Shown: positions 36,786-55,659 of the stretch, piece after piece
Layout of the letters: every line of letters begins with the position of its first letter
Position numbering within the stretch: the stretch's first letter is position 1
NCBI RefSeq assembly: GCF_009914755.1
Contig: NC_060931.1
Reading direction: 5' to 3' (one strand)
DNA: 64,000 nt
DNA from: the human T2T-CHM13v2.0 reference genome, Homo sapiens
The notes under the pieces: generated by a model
The model's database searches: none
What the model was told of the DNA's origin: nothing
What the model saw: only the letters and a program-made list of their open reading frames with translations
Made by a program: the position numbers and the translations under genes

Positions 36786-36964
36786 ATTAATGATTTTGAT
36801 GCTTCTGAAGAAAATGACATTTTTTCCAAATAATTTTTTCTCTCATTTTCTTGATGGAGAGGGTCTTGATTTTCCAGAGCCCTAATTGTCAGTGTAGTTT
36901 GACTTTGGATAATCCAGCACTAAATGTGAGAATTTAATGCTATATTATTATAAAACGCTAAGTG

Positions 36965-37105
36965 TGCTGGGCATAGAGGTGCATTCTTGTAGTAGTCCCA
37001 GCTGTTTGGGGGGCTGAGATGGGAGGATCGCTTAAGCCTAGGAGTTCAAGGCCAACCTGGGCAATATAGGGAGACCCTATCTCCAAACAAAACACACACA
37101 CACAA
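36965..37105 (+). mobile_element. FLAM monomer
   Basis: Single left-type Alu arm with an A/CA tail. Confidence 0.75.
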
Positions 37106-37684
37106 ACAAATAATTGTGCCCTGTGTTCACCCACTCACTCCCCATTAAATTTGTGTATTATAGGGATAGGAGATTTCCTGAGCTGGTTGCCAGGAAAGAG
37201 ATTTGGAACAGGTGCAACTCTTTAACATACTGAAAAACAATATAAGACTGTGATCTGGATGTCAGGGCCAGGGGAGGTGGGGAGCATTCTGGGCATTGCA
37301 GGGGTAGTGGAAGCTATCTGGATAAGCAGATGGTTCCTATGGAGTAGGCAGATTTTGGAGGCTGCAGGCCCAGTGCTATCACCATCACAGTGGGATCTAC
37401 TACCTTCAAACAATTTTAGCTTTAAGGCAGCAGCAAAGTGTTCTTTCCATACCCAAGCAGTTCTTGTGGAGGTTTGTATCAGTATATTGACAGGCTCAGA
37501 TCTTGATCCTATGACAAGATGGATGTGAGCTCACAGAGACCAGTGAGCACCTATTATACACAGATGCTTAAGGTGGGTGGATGAAGGGATTGGGCAGAGA
37601 GAGATGCTAAATCTGTCACATTAACCGTATTTCACTAATGTAGGCTTAACTTGGAATTTTACTAATATGATACAAGGCTAGGTC

Positions 37685-42101
<4,417 letters not shown>

Positions 42102-42239
42102 GGCTATGTTTCACTTGGAACAGATCACCTAAAGAACCGTGAAAGGACAGGCCATGGAACACTGGCTATAAGGTGCCAGAACTGACCTAAATTTCAAATG
42201 TGTCTGATAAAATTATCACAGGTTTTTCATCTGAAATGG

Positions 42240-42760
42240 TTGTTTATGAATTTGCTTTAAGACTTTTTTTGCAGGTGATGGACACCCGCTTTTAACTAGT
42301 TATGGCTTTGGTAGAAAGAATTTACTGGCTCGGGTAACAAACCACTGGAAGGTAAGCAGGTTGGAAGTAGCCTAAAGGTCGCCTGGATTTATATATTCGA
42401 ACAGTGTCATATCTGTTAATCTGTTTCTTTCTTTTCCCATCTCTCTTTTTCTATGTTAGTTTTATTCTCTACTCCTGAAAAAGGCCTTTTTCTTAAAAAA
42501 TGATTGCAGGCAGTGTGGGGTTCTATAGTCTGAAAGGCCTAAAGGAACTTCTTTTCCAGCTCCTAGTGGGAACACCCTTGGAATGACTCTGGCCAGCTTG
42601 GGTGATGTGCCCACCTCAACTTTTCCGTGTCTCTCCATGAGTCTAGCAAGTGATAGAACATTGTGATTGGCATGTGGTGGGTTGGAATAGAAGAGCAGGT
42701 CCCCCAGAAAAGCAGGGTGTCATTTTGGTAAGTCAAAACCATAATTGTCCACTGTAGTAG
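42240..42760. mobile_element. Old MLT1 (J-O group) LTR remnant
   Basis: ttgcaggtgatggacacccg..aactag..gaatttactggctc; ggccagcttgggtgatgtgcccacc. Confidence 0.5.
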
Positions 42761-43236
42761 CTGAGGCCAAGGCTTGGTGTGGAGGTGGCATGGAAGTCAT
42801 CAACTGATGAAACCTACTGTGTGGGGTGCCACTCCTCGTGTATACAGTAACTTATCCCCATTTTGAAGATAATTTAGGCACAAAATTCACTCTAAGTCTC
42901 AGAAAGTGTAATTTTTTGTGATTAGTAAATGTGGTGTGCTTTTTAAAGTATGTGATGGCATATTAAGAGTTAATTCACACAGTCCTTCATTAAAGTGTCA
43001 GTAAAATGGGACTGAATTAGTTCTAAAAAGCATTCAGGGCTCTGACCCATTTAACTTGGAATATAATTAGGAAAGCTAGTAGTTGAGAAAGGGATCAGAG
43101 GGCTCAGAAACTTTCAGAAGCAACACTGTTAATGTTTACACTAAAATGGTAAAAAGGCAATGTTTAAATCTAAAACTATTATTGATTTAAACTCATTAAG
43201 ACAATTGATATTGAACATTGAAATTAAAAACACTGC

Positions 43237-43598
<362 letters not shown>

Positions 43599-43634
43599 TT
43601 AGAGGGAAGATGAGTGGTGAACCCTGAAAGTAAC

Positions 43635-45336
43635 CCTTCATCTCACTCTGTAAGGTGTTTCTTTCTCTTTCTCTCTCTCTCTCTCTCCGCCCCCCACCCC
43701 CCAACCTTTCTCTCTAGCTTCTTTCAAGATTTTCTCTTTGTCTTCGGTTTGCTGCAGTTTGAATGATACACCTAGGTGTAGATATTTTGGTATTTATTCT
43801 GTTTGGTGTTCTCTGAGCTTCCTGGATCTGTGGTTTAGTCATTAACTTTGGAAAATTCTTGACTGTTATGATTTCAAATATTTCTTCTTTGTTTTCTCTT
43901 GCTTGTTTTTATGCTATTCTAATTATGCATAAGTCACACCTTTGGAGATTGTCCCATAGTTCTTAGTAGAGTATTGTGTTCTGTTTTTTTTTCTTTTTTT
44001 TTTTTGTCCTTGCATTTTAATCTGAGAAGTTTTTGTGGACATAGCTTCAAACTCACTGATTCTTTCCTCAGTTGTGTCCAGTCTACTGATGAGCCTATCA
44101 AAGGCATTCTTCATTTCTGTTAACAGTGTTTTTGACTGCTAACTTTTCCTTTTGATTCTTTCTTAGAATTTTTCTCTCTCTGCTTACATTATTCATCAGC
44201 TCTTGGATGTTGTCTACTTTTTCCACTAAAGCCTCTAACCTAGTAATCATAAATTCCCTGATAGTTCCAAAATCTATGTCATGTTGGAGTCTGCTTTTGA
44301 TGCTTGCTTTGTCTCTTCAGACTGTTTTTTTTCTTGCCTTTTAACATGACTTCTAATTTTTTGTTCCAAGCTGGACATGATATATCAGATAATAGGAGCA
44401 AAGGTATATAGGTCTTGAAATGTTTGGTTTGATGTTAATCTGGCTAGTTGTGCAGTTTTAATGATTGCTTTAGCTGTAGGTGCCAGAAGTTTCAGGTACT
44501 TCTAATGTTCTTGTTTTAATTTTCCTTGTTGAGTTTGTGAAAACCTAAGACCTTCTTCTTAGAGTCTACACCTTGCAGCCCTTTCAGCTGTAACCCGTGA
44601 ATATTATACTAGAGCCCTAGAGCCCTGTTCATGTGCTGGTAAGGTATGGAGGAAGAGCAAGTGTTCTATAATTTAATGATTAAATCTCAGTCTTTTAAGT
44701 AGGCTCATCCCTCTGCTGTGACCTTCACAGTGTTTCTGAACTATCCCCCTCACTCCCTTTGCTGAGACTAGAAGGCTAGAGGAGTCTGTAGTTGGGGAAA
44801 TGCTCTTCTGTTAGGTAGGATAAAGTTCTGGTGAAGTCCTTCCCTGTGGAGAGTAGCCGTTTGTTCTGGGGAATGTTCCAGGTGTATTTCATGTAATTCA
44901 TATTGGTTACTTTTCCTCTTTCCCTCTAGAGCCAAGGACTCGGGGGACCAGGGAAATCTTCACCATGAGAACATGGTAAAGTTCCCGGAGGCAAAACTCT
45001 CAAAAGTATGGGAACGCCCCCTAAGACTGGAATCCCCAGATGTCTCTCATGCTTATGTTAGTCCACAGTCAGCCTCCAGCAAAGCATCAAAGCCATTACC
45101 CAAGTCTTCCACCAATTTATAGCATCCAGTAGCTTCTGCTCCAGATAAACTGATCTTAGCTATTATTCTCTATGTTCACCTGTTTTTCCAGATTTTGGGG
45201 TGGCAGTTTGCCCTGTGACTCTGTTCTCTGATAGGTTCAAGAAAAGTCATTGATTTTTAGTTTGCTCAGCTTTTTTTCCTTGTGAAAATGAGGGTAATGA
45301 CTTCTAAGCTCCTTACATGCTGGAACAGAAACTGGA
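43635..45336 (-). mobile_element. Old L1M 5' end / ORF1 remnant
   Basis: ORF 43923-44114 MKNAFDRLISRLDTTEERISE is ORF1p coiled-coil-like. Confidence 0.75.
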
Positions 45337-45391
45337 AAACTTTATATTTTCAATAGATTATATTTTTTCTGAACTTTCTTATTAATTTTCA

Positions 45392-45680
45392 TTTTTTGTC
45401 ACAGAGTCTTGCTGTGTCACCCAGGCTGGAGTGCAGTGATACAGTCATAGCTAACTGCAGCCTCAAAGTCCTGGGCTCAAGGGATCTTCCCGCATCAGCC
45501 TCCTGAGTAGCTAGGATTACAGGTACACAGCACCATGCCTGGCTAAATTTTTTATTTTTATTTTATGTAGTCAGGGTCTTGCTCTGTTGCTCAAGCTGGT
45601 CTCAAACTCTTGGCCTCAAGTGATCCATGCCTTGCCTCCCAAAGTGTTGGGATTACAGGCGTGAGCCACCATGCCTGGCC
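45392..45680 (-). mobile_element. AluJ
   Basis: catagctaactgcagcctc..ctgggctcaag. Confidence 0.85.
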
Positions 45681-46415
45681 ATTTCTTGAACCTTCTGAAT
45701 GTTATATGGAAATGAGTGATTTTCACTGATGTTAGTATGTTCATACTCATAGGAAAAGTGTTTCCCACACTCATGTTTCAACTTTACTAGAGTGTAAGGT
45801 TGATGATGAGAGCGATTTGTCTCGATTCTTTACCCAAATGACGTGAATTATAGGTACTCAAAAATATTCATGGAAAGGATAAATATTAGTTGTATCTGAG
45901 TACCACTATCTTTTTTCTTGAAATTAATTCCCTTTTAAAATCTTAAATACCTACTACCCTCTCCTTCTAAGGAGTAACATCTATGAAATCATAGGTTTGA
46001 TATGCTAATTGTCTATTTTTTTCTGATATATGTTAGTATGATTTCCTAAAGATTAGACTAAAAGTTTCCTAAAATCATCCCGTATCTATCTAGTGGCATA
46101 TGTACCCATGATGGAAAACACTCCTCTAAGCTGATGAATAACATGTAGCTGTATACTGATTTTTATGGGTTCTGTCAAAAATTAGCTGTTAAACAAAAAC
46201 ACATTGTCCCAAGTAGGGCAGGACAGAGTCTTTCTGATTCTGCATAGGCGTGACAATATAATGGGCCCGATGCTGCTTCTATTCTAGGAAGGTTCAACTT
46301 TCTCCCAACTCCCCATCATAAACTTTTTCATATTTTATTGCACCATTCTTTAAATCTGAAAGGTAGGTGAGGAAGTTTTTTCAGCAGGCACATTGTCAAG
46401 AAGTTATATACTTTT

Positions 46416-46623
46416 GACTGGGTGAAGTGGCTCATACCTGTAATCCCAGCACTTTGGGAGGCTGAGGCGAGTAGAGCACCTGAGGTCAGGAATTTGACAC
46501 TAACCTAGCCAACATGGCAAAAACCCGTCTCTACTAAAAATACAAAAATTAGTCAGGGGTGGTGGCAGACACCTGTAATCTCAGCTACTCAGGAGGCTGA
46601 AGCAGGAGGTAAAAAAGAAAAAA
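46416..46623 (+). mobile_element. AluS lacking the 3' part of the right arm
   Basis: Ends at gaagcaggaggt, then an A-tail; TSD aagttatatacttt at 46401-46414 / 46624-46637. Confidence 0.88.
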
Positions 46624-46769
46624 AAGTTATATACTTTCTGGCAACACTGGGCCCTCTAAGAATTTGCCACATCAAACTGAGAAGTTGCTTTGAGAGCTTT
46701 CTGGCAGAAGGAGCTTTTGCAGAGGTCACGTTTACCAAGTCATCATTCCATTGAGATATGTGGTATTCT

Positions 46770-46945
46770 AGTGATTCCCAAATGCTGATCCTCAGATTGG
46801 CTGCAGCAGAATCACTTGGATAACTTTCGAAGAAATGATTCCTAAGCTAAGTCCCACCCACAGAGATTCTGAGTAGATCTGGTGGAGGAAGCCTGGGAAT
46901 CCACAGGTTTGTAGAACTCTCCAGGTGATTCTGCTACAGAGCCAT
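46770..46945. mobile_element. MER5-type MITE
   Basis: gcagcagaatcacttgg..cagagattctga..ctccaggtgattctg. Confidence 0.6.
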
Positions 46946-48652
46946 GACGCCGTATGCTCTAGTCTATGCAGTGATCATTGATACAGGGTAGAACTTTAAG
47001 AGTTCAACATACACTGACATTTCTTCTCATCTTGAATAAAGTAACAAAGGTTTAATAAAGAGAAAAAGAAATGGATTGTGGATACTAAATAATACCTTTG
47101 TTCTGAAGAAGACAATGAAAAGAACTTTAACAACCATTTAAGAAGCAGTTAGGGGTTAAAGATGATTGAGTTGATTTGAACCCTAATAAGTGTTATCTGT
47201 TGATTGGAGAGCACTTAATAAATATTAATTATGAAGTAAATAAATTTTACCTTGCTATTCCAGAGGTAGAAAGAGAATAGTAAAATGCTTAAATAATTAC
47301 CCCACTTCATGCCATATTATAGCAAAATAAAGCAACTGTGGATTCTGTCTCTGCTCATGTAACCAGGCTGTATTCACCATCCCTGCTGCCCTTAGTTGTA
47401 CATTTGGAATCAATCATCACAGGCATGCATAGCTGCAAGCATGTGGTTTCAGGAAAGAGGTTCAGAAAAGCTAAGTGGTAAAAGGAATATGGTTTGATCA
47501 AATAAAAAAGCTGCATTCATGAAACTGGAGGAGGAGATGGAAACAGACCTCCAAACATCACATTTTATCTTAGTACGTTAAATGTCTTTTTACCAAAGCC
47601 AAGCAAAGCCCAGAAAATACTAAAAGCTTGGCTTCAGAAGCCAGGCAGCTTGGATTTTTCTTGGATGCCCTATGTTCCAACAAATGATGAAGTTTAATAT
47701 TCTCATATATTGTTCTTTTATTACTAATTTAAGAACCTACATTTCATTTTGCGTAGTGAAATTTGTGGGGAGCAGAGGCATTATTGTGTTTTCTCTTTGA
47801 GTTTTTGTTTTTGATTAAAGTTATGTATTTACATTTTTTAGTGAATTAATTTGTGGTACACTTTTCCCATGAGACAACTGCTTTCAAATCCTTCTTTTTT
47901 TTTAATTTTTCTTCATATAACAAATGTATATATGAATGACTGAACTACAAAATATTATTTTCCTTTTCCCTAAAGCTGTATTTCTCAAGGTATATTTTCT
48001 GATTGCTTTCACTGGAATTGGCTGATATGATTATTACAAATGAGGAGTCCTGGGTCCCATTCCAGACCTAATAAGTCAGACTTGCTAGTGTATGAGTTCT
48101 AGGCATTTGTATTTTAAACAATCTCTGAGTAATCTTCATGCAAATTGAAGTTTGAAAGTCACTTCCCTAAAGCTTCTTGATTTTTTTCTAGGAATGTAAC
48201 ATTTTCTAATTGTATTTCTGTTTTCATATCCATTGTCATTTGGTTAGGGTCCTATCTAACAAATGTTTAACTTTTACCAATGACGTTAGTACAAACAAGG
48301 CAAAGTAGTAAGTTTACCCTTTCTAGAACAATGGGAAATGTCCCTAGAGACTGAAATCTGAGTCCTAGATGTGCTTAGTGCTATTGAGTTAATGCTTCTA
48401 GTTCCTTTTAGTGGACAAATTTGAAAATTATGTTATTTTTGAATTAGAATTATTAATGCGTACCTTATAATTTGTTAAACTTTATATATGTCTTTTTTTC
48501 TTATGTGAAAATTTATACTTCCTAAAAACAGTAACATAATGATTTTGTGCTAATTGTAAAACCACTGTATGATGTTTAAGATTACCTTGCATCTCCTTTG
48601 GATCTTAGAATATTTCCCACTAAGGAACTGTAGTCAAAGTAGTATGCTCTGT

Positions 48653-49378
48653 GTTCTCACTCATATGTGGGAGCTAAAAAAAGTTGAGCTCATAAAAGTA
48701 GAGAGGATAATTGTGGTTGATAGAGACTGAGAAAGGTAGTGGGAAGGGAAGGATAAGGAGAGGTTGGTAAATGGATACAAAATTACAGCTAGGCCAGCAT
48801 AGTGGTTCATGTCTGTAATCCCAACACTTTGGGAAGCTGAGGCAGGAGTATTGTTTGAAGCCAGGAGTTCAACACCAGCCTGGGCGTTATACTGAGACCT
48901 TGTCGCTACAGAAAACTAAAATATTAGCCAGGCATGGTGGTAGGCACCTGTAGTCCCAGCTTCTTGTGAAGGCTGAGGCAGGAGGATTGCTTCAGTCCAG
49001 GAGCTTGAGGCTGAAGTGAGCTATGAGCGCACCACTGTACTCCAGCCTGGGTGACAGGCCTAGGTAACAGAGTGAGACCCTGTCTCTAAAAATAAAAATT
49101 AAAAATAAAAAAATACAAATTTACAGCTAGATAAGAGGAATAAGTTCTAGTGCTTTATAGCACCGTAGGGTGAATATATTTAACGATAATTTATTGTATA
49201 TTTTGAAAAATCCAAAGAAGAGGATTTTGAATGTTCCCAACACAAAGAAATGGCAAATGTTTAAGGTGATGGATATGTTAATTACCTGATTTGATCATTA
49301 CACATTGTATACATATCAGAATGTCACTGCATCCCATAAATATGTATAATTATTATGCGTCAACTAAAAATAAAAGGA
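48653..49378 (+). mobile_element. L1MA (MA4/5-like) 3' end interrupted by an AluJ (48792 to about 49110)
   Basis: L1 TSD aaagtagtatgctctgt / aaagtactatgctgtgt; Alu TSD atacaaa(a/t)ttacagcta; the Alu carries a 13-bp internal duplication. Confidence 0.85.
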
Positions 49379-49726
49379 CAAAAGTACTATGCTGTGTCAG
49401 TAACTTAAAATACTTAAAATAAGTTACCTTAAATACTTACTCTCTCTGAATAGTTTTATTATCAATTTGCTATATATGTAGGTTTATTCATTTTAGTTTG
49501 TTTTCACCTAGGGCTGGCACTTTTTCTTTTTGATTAAATTTAATTCTTGAAATATATGAGGCATATGCATGTCCAAAATGATATAAAATATATAAAGTAT
49601 GTACTCAGAAGTTTTATTTACTTCTATTCCTTCCACCTAGTTTCTACGTCCATCTCCTGTATAAGTAACCATTTTTATTAATTTCTAGCTTTTCCTTTCA
49701 CTGTTTCTTTGTAAAAAATGCAAGCA

Positions 49727-49810
49727 TATGTGTGTGTGTATATATATATATGTGTGTGTATATATATGTGTGTGTGTGTATAAATACATACATATATATA
49801 CATATATATC
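49727..49810. repeat. Compound (TG)/(TA) microsatellite
   Basis: Directly visible. Confidence 0.9.
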
Positions 49811-51146
49811 TTCCTATTTCTCTTCAGTTTTTCACAAAGAATAAAAAAAAATTTGTTTTACATTTTTTTTCTCCACATACAGATATGGGAAATGAAGGAA
49901 AACCTTCACAAAGTACCACATTCTTCTCGACTCCCCAAAGACTCTGTGATGGTCCCATTGAGTTACTAGTTCATCTTGTTCTTAGGTCCTCTCTTGTTTC
50001 AGGTCTAAACCAGACCCTTTAAGAAAGATCTGTTGTTCAAGGTCAGTATTAATTATCCCATGTTAATGAAAATGACCTGAAAAATCACATAGTGTATCCT
50101 GTTTGTGGGCTAATTCATTTGTAGATTATCTAAACAATATTGATATTAAGTGGCCAAGAAAGAAGTGGTTTTGCCTTCCTTTTTTGTCCTTTGAAAATAA
50201 AAGGTCCAGATGTAGCACCCAGAAACCACCGTTCTCTTTGTTGTTTCATGTTGTTTGAGATGCCACAGTGTCTTTTTCTTTTTTTCTTCCTTAAAACTTT
50301 GTTAATAACAATTAAAAAGGAGTGTCATTATTGGACTCCTCTGTGAGGAACCTTTTATTTTGTAAGTAAATAATATGAGAAAATCTAGATTTTTTTTCCC
50401 CCATTACTGTTCTACCAAAGTAGCATTTCACACTGAGTAGAGCAGGAAAACATAGTAGGTGTATAAAAAACAAAGAAGCCAAATCTAATAAAATAGATGA
50501 TGGAATTGGAATTTGGGTAGAAATATAAAGCATCTGCTTTATTCCTTATTTGCAACATTTGTTGACAATAAGGCACATTGTGAAGAAAGAAACCAATCTT
50601 TCCAAGAAGATTTTGCAATTGAACTCACTCTTTAAGATTCCCAATGGTATGTTCGCTTCCTATTTTACTGCTTATGGCACACAAAAGTGAGAACATGAAA
50701 ATCCCTGGAGATCAAATGTTGTTTAAATTGTTTCTTAGCAGTGAATAATGGCTCCTTAGGAATAAATATGTGCATTTTACATGGCAATCTATAGGAGGCA
50801 AATTGCATACTTAATTTCTGAGAAATAACTGAATATAGTAATGTTTACATAAAGCTTTGGACAAAGGTATTATCAGCACACATTGCTTTTCATAGATAGC
50901 TTATGAGCTCTATAGCTTTTTTGTATAAAAAGTTTTAGTATAACGTAAGAGTATTTATCTCATGACATATTATACATAGTGGTTTTATTTTTTGCCATCT
51001 ATAAAAATGTGTGAACTACTAAACCAAAAAAAAAAAAGTTTAGCTTCAAAACTATTCCTTTTTGATTTGGCGAAATAAACTTGCAAGCAATTTAGCACTG
51101 ACCCAGAAAGAATATCCATTAGCCCTTCTGAAAATTTAGCATGCTA

Positions 51147-51459
<313 letters not shown>

Positions 51460-51520
51460 TTAGCATACTGACTTTGAAATTTATAATGGTATAAACTTAC
51501 TTCAAAATATATTTTGTTCT

Positions 51521-51809
51521 GGCCGGGTGTGGTGGCTCATGCCTGTAATCCCAGCACTTTGGGAGGCCAAGGCAGGTGGATCACCTGAGGTCAGGAGTTT
51601 GAGACCAGCTTGGCCAACACGGTAAAACCCTGTGTCTACTTAAAAATTACAAAAATTAGCTGGGGGTTGTGGTGCGCACCTGTAATCCCAGTTACTCAGG
51701 AGGCTGAGGCAGGAGAATCACCTGAACCTGGGAGGCGGAGGTTGCAGTGAGCCGAGGTTGTGCCATTTCACTTCAGCCTGGGCGACAGAGCGTGACTCTA
51801 TCTCAAAAA

Positions 51810-51858
<49 letters not shown>
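51521..51858 (+). mobile_element. AluSx followed by (TG)23 at 51813-51858
   Basis: Full dimer followed by a perfect TG run. Confidence 0.9.
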
Positions 51859-51863
<5 letters not shown>

Positions 51864-53827
51864 GTATTTCTTAAAAATAAAAAGATTAAACCTCAAATGA
51901 TAAAAAACTACATTAGTGTTCTGTCATCTTCCATAATATAGATGAAAATGGTCAAGTTCCTGAACCTTTATGGGAGCTCACAAAAATAGTGAAAGCCATC
52001 TCTTAGGTGGATAGCAATTTTTTTCTGGGTAATAGCAATGATTAAACAGAATGGGCTTTGCTGATATACCTGTGACCTACTGCATTCTCATGAATATTGG
52101 TATCGTGGTGTTAATGCGCAGGCATTGAGTATTAGTCATGGCAAGGGACAAATATGTGTTCTCTAACTGCAAATGTAAAAGAAACTGACAATGACAATGA
52201 CAAACTCATTAGTATATTTTTTTCCTGGGACCTCATTCAGGCCAGAACCACCATCTCTTTCCATTGTAATTTGGGATTGGTTGGCTAAGGCCTAACAAAA
52301 TGGGTTTTTAAGTCGCTTTGCCTGTGGTTTGTTGAGAAGGGAGGGCTGGTGCCACAATCATGTGACAATACTCCACAGGGGGTTCTCCATGCTTGGAGGA
52401 GGATGCATATTTGCCAAGGGGATGGGTTTTGTGATTTGTACTTCTGGGCTTTCACTGGGAGAGCAGAGGCAACTTTTGTCTTGGTTTGTTTCCTCCAATG
52501 TGTATCGACTTTGGCTGTACTTCTTCCTTCACTATTCCAAGGCACCCTGACAGTACCACTTCTGAAATTCCACCAGGTGAATGCTCATTAAACCTTTGAC
52601 CTCTTCCACTGCATCGCGGTGGAATAGGCCCAGGCAGTCCCTGAGATCAGCAGATTATTTGTGCCAGGATAACATATATTTTTAGAATTTTAAATTTTAT
52701 GTATTTTGTATTCACATACTATGTAATTCAAAATAGGATTATTCCAGGAAAGTTTATTTTCAGTGAGACCATTTACAAAAGCATGGGGGTAAGAGAACCC
52801 CAATGGATAATGCAGAAACCTGGCTTTTAGTACCCTAGTTGGGGATGAGGAGAGGGAGTGGGTACTGGAACTTAAGGGGTGAGTTCTGGAATTTAGGGAG
52901 TGAATTTTACTCTAGAGTCAGAAACCCCTGAGAGGAACCACAATCTTCTTTGGAGAGACAGCCAACTCCAGGGGACCATGTTCAAGAGAGCCAGGAAATA
53001 AATACTTTGTCTTCACTAATTTTTCTCCTCTTATCTTCTGTCCTGCCTTCCATCATCCAGTCTTACCAGAAACCAGAAGGCAGGGAACTCTTTGCTATGA
53101 ACCATAAAGGTCAGCCTCTTGGGGCACAGGGCAGTGTGGCAAGTGAATCACAAGGAAATGGAAATTCCTAGCATAAAAGAAGTATGTGAGGCTCTTTCCT
53201 ACCTTGGCACCTAGTTCTCCTCTGCAAAAGCAACCATTTCACCAGAGCCTTCCAGAGACCTTAATCCACTCTTGTTATTTTGTAAGTAAACTGAGGAGTG
53301 GGGATTATTTTTACAGAGTTTTAAATTTGCCTAAAGCAAACCTTTTTGCTGGGAAGAAACCCCGGTATGTGCCAAAGGTTTGCTGAGGGTCACAAAAGAC
53401 AATATGACACATATCCTGTTTCTGAATTCTGGACACTTTGTATACTCCATTTTGTCCTTAAAAATAATAAATAGGTTAAGTTTTTGTGTTATTGCCTTAT
53501 GTTTTCTATTAGCGATCTGGCTCAGAAATAAAACATGTAAAAATATATTGGCTGTTTTCAGACAAGTAATTATAGCATTTTTTCTTCAATGGACTTTTCA
53601 GTGGTTCTAAAGCACAGTTTCCAGACCCACTGATCATGAATGGATGCTGAATTTCAGGAATGACTGAAATTGTATTCAAAATATTATGTATGTGTACTTG
53701 TGCATTTTTCAGGAGAGTGGAGCCATGACTTTCAGGAAATTCTGATAGAGGTTTTCGAGTCATAAAAGACTCAGAGACAATGGTATAAAGTTTAATTCAT
53801 TTGGAATTTCTTCCTTCTCTCATTACA

Positions 53828-54150
53828 TTTTTTTTTTTTCTTTTTGAGACAGGGTCTCGCTCTGTCGCTCAGGCTGGGGTGCAGTGGTATGACCAAAGCT
53901 CACTGCAGCCTTGAACTCCAGGGCTCAAGTGATCCTCCCATTTCCGCCTCCCGAATGTTGAGGACTACAGACATGTACCACCATGCCTGGCTAATTAAAA
54001 AATTTTTTATTTTTATTTTTATTTTTTTTTTGTAGAGATGGAGTCTCACTCTGTTGCTCAGACTGGTCTCAAACCCCTAACCTCAAGTGATCCTCCTGCC
54101 TCAGCCTCCCAAAGTGCTAGGATTACAGGCATGAACCACCACTCTTGGCC
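53828..54150 (-). mobile_element. AluJ
   Basis: cactgcagccttgaactccagggctcaag; TSD ctcattaca. Confidence 0.85.
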
Positions 54151-54158
54151 TCATTACA

Positions 54159-54213
54159 CTTAACTATTACTTAACTATTAATTAGCTATTACTTAACCAT
54201 CACTTACCTATTA
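54159..54213. repeat. Degenerate 11-bp minisatellite (cttaactatta) x5
   Basis: cttaactatta cttaactatta attagctatta cttaaccatca cttacctatta. Confidence 0.8.
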
Positions 54214-55375
54214 ATGTGACCTCTGCTTTCTTAGAGTTCAGTAGGCCAGACAGAGGGAATGATACCAGATGGTTCATGACATTGCAATTCAAATGTTCTC
54301 AGTAACTTGCAAACTAAAATTCAATGTTTTGGTGGACTAATATGTGCTAAATGATTCTTATCATATAAAACAGTGAGATTTTGGTCAAGAAATTCCACTA
54401 TGACCAGTTAATAAGATGATTTATATTCAATCAGATTGTTTCAATTGGATTTTACCAAGAGAACAGTGTTTAGTTTAAGTAATAGGAAAGAGGATTTGGG
54501 TTAATGAAAAAAGGTGCATACCATTCTGTTTTTCTAGAGAAAATTGTCTGGAAATTTTATGATCTGTTTTGGTGTATGAAATTTAATTTTTTTCATATCA
54601 GTAAGTAGAGTTCGTGAATTAAACTACTACACTCATATTTAAGACTTCCTCTGATTTCATCATAAAATTATTCTTTTACATAGGATGATTTTAAATGTTT
54701 GCCATAGTTTTTATTCCGGCTTTATATTTATATACTCTGTCTTCTGGCCAAATATTTTTCTGAGAAAAAAACTATAACTTTATATTAACCATCACTAGGT
54801 AAGTTCAATAAATGATATTGTAGCAGCATTTAAAAGATTTTTCTTTTCTCTTTCAAAAGGCACACACAAACTATTGAAACTATTAGTGGAGCAATATAAC
54901 TCTTGCTGCACTTTGTAAAACATTGCTAGACTAGATTAGATACATCGATTCATTACTTTTACTTATTTCACTTTTCTTTTGCTTAGGACTCTTTGTTTAT
55001 AAGTATCTGAAACCTGACTTAACCAAAATAATGAATTTACTGATTTTTGTTTTCTGGTTGTTTCGTGGTCTTCTCTTCATTCTTTTCTTCCTTCGTTTTA
55101 ATGAAAGATTGTTTAGATGGATTATATTCAGAACAATGGAAGTGGAACTGGCCTCAGGTATGCCTGAATCTAGGATCTCAGTTATATCAGATCTCTTTAT
55201 ATTTATTTATTGATATTGTTTTTAATTTCTGGGTACATAGTAGGTGTATATATTCAAGGATTATATGAAATACTTTGATACAGGCATACAATGTGTAATA
55301 ACCATATCAGGGTAAATGGGATATCTGTCACCTCAAGCATTTATCCTTTGTGTTACAAACAATCCAATTATAGTC

Positions 55376-55659
<284 letters not shown>

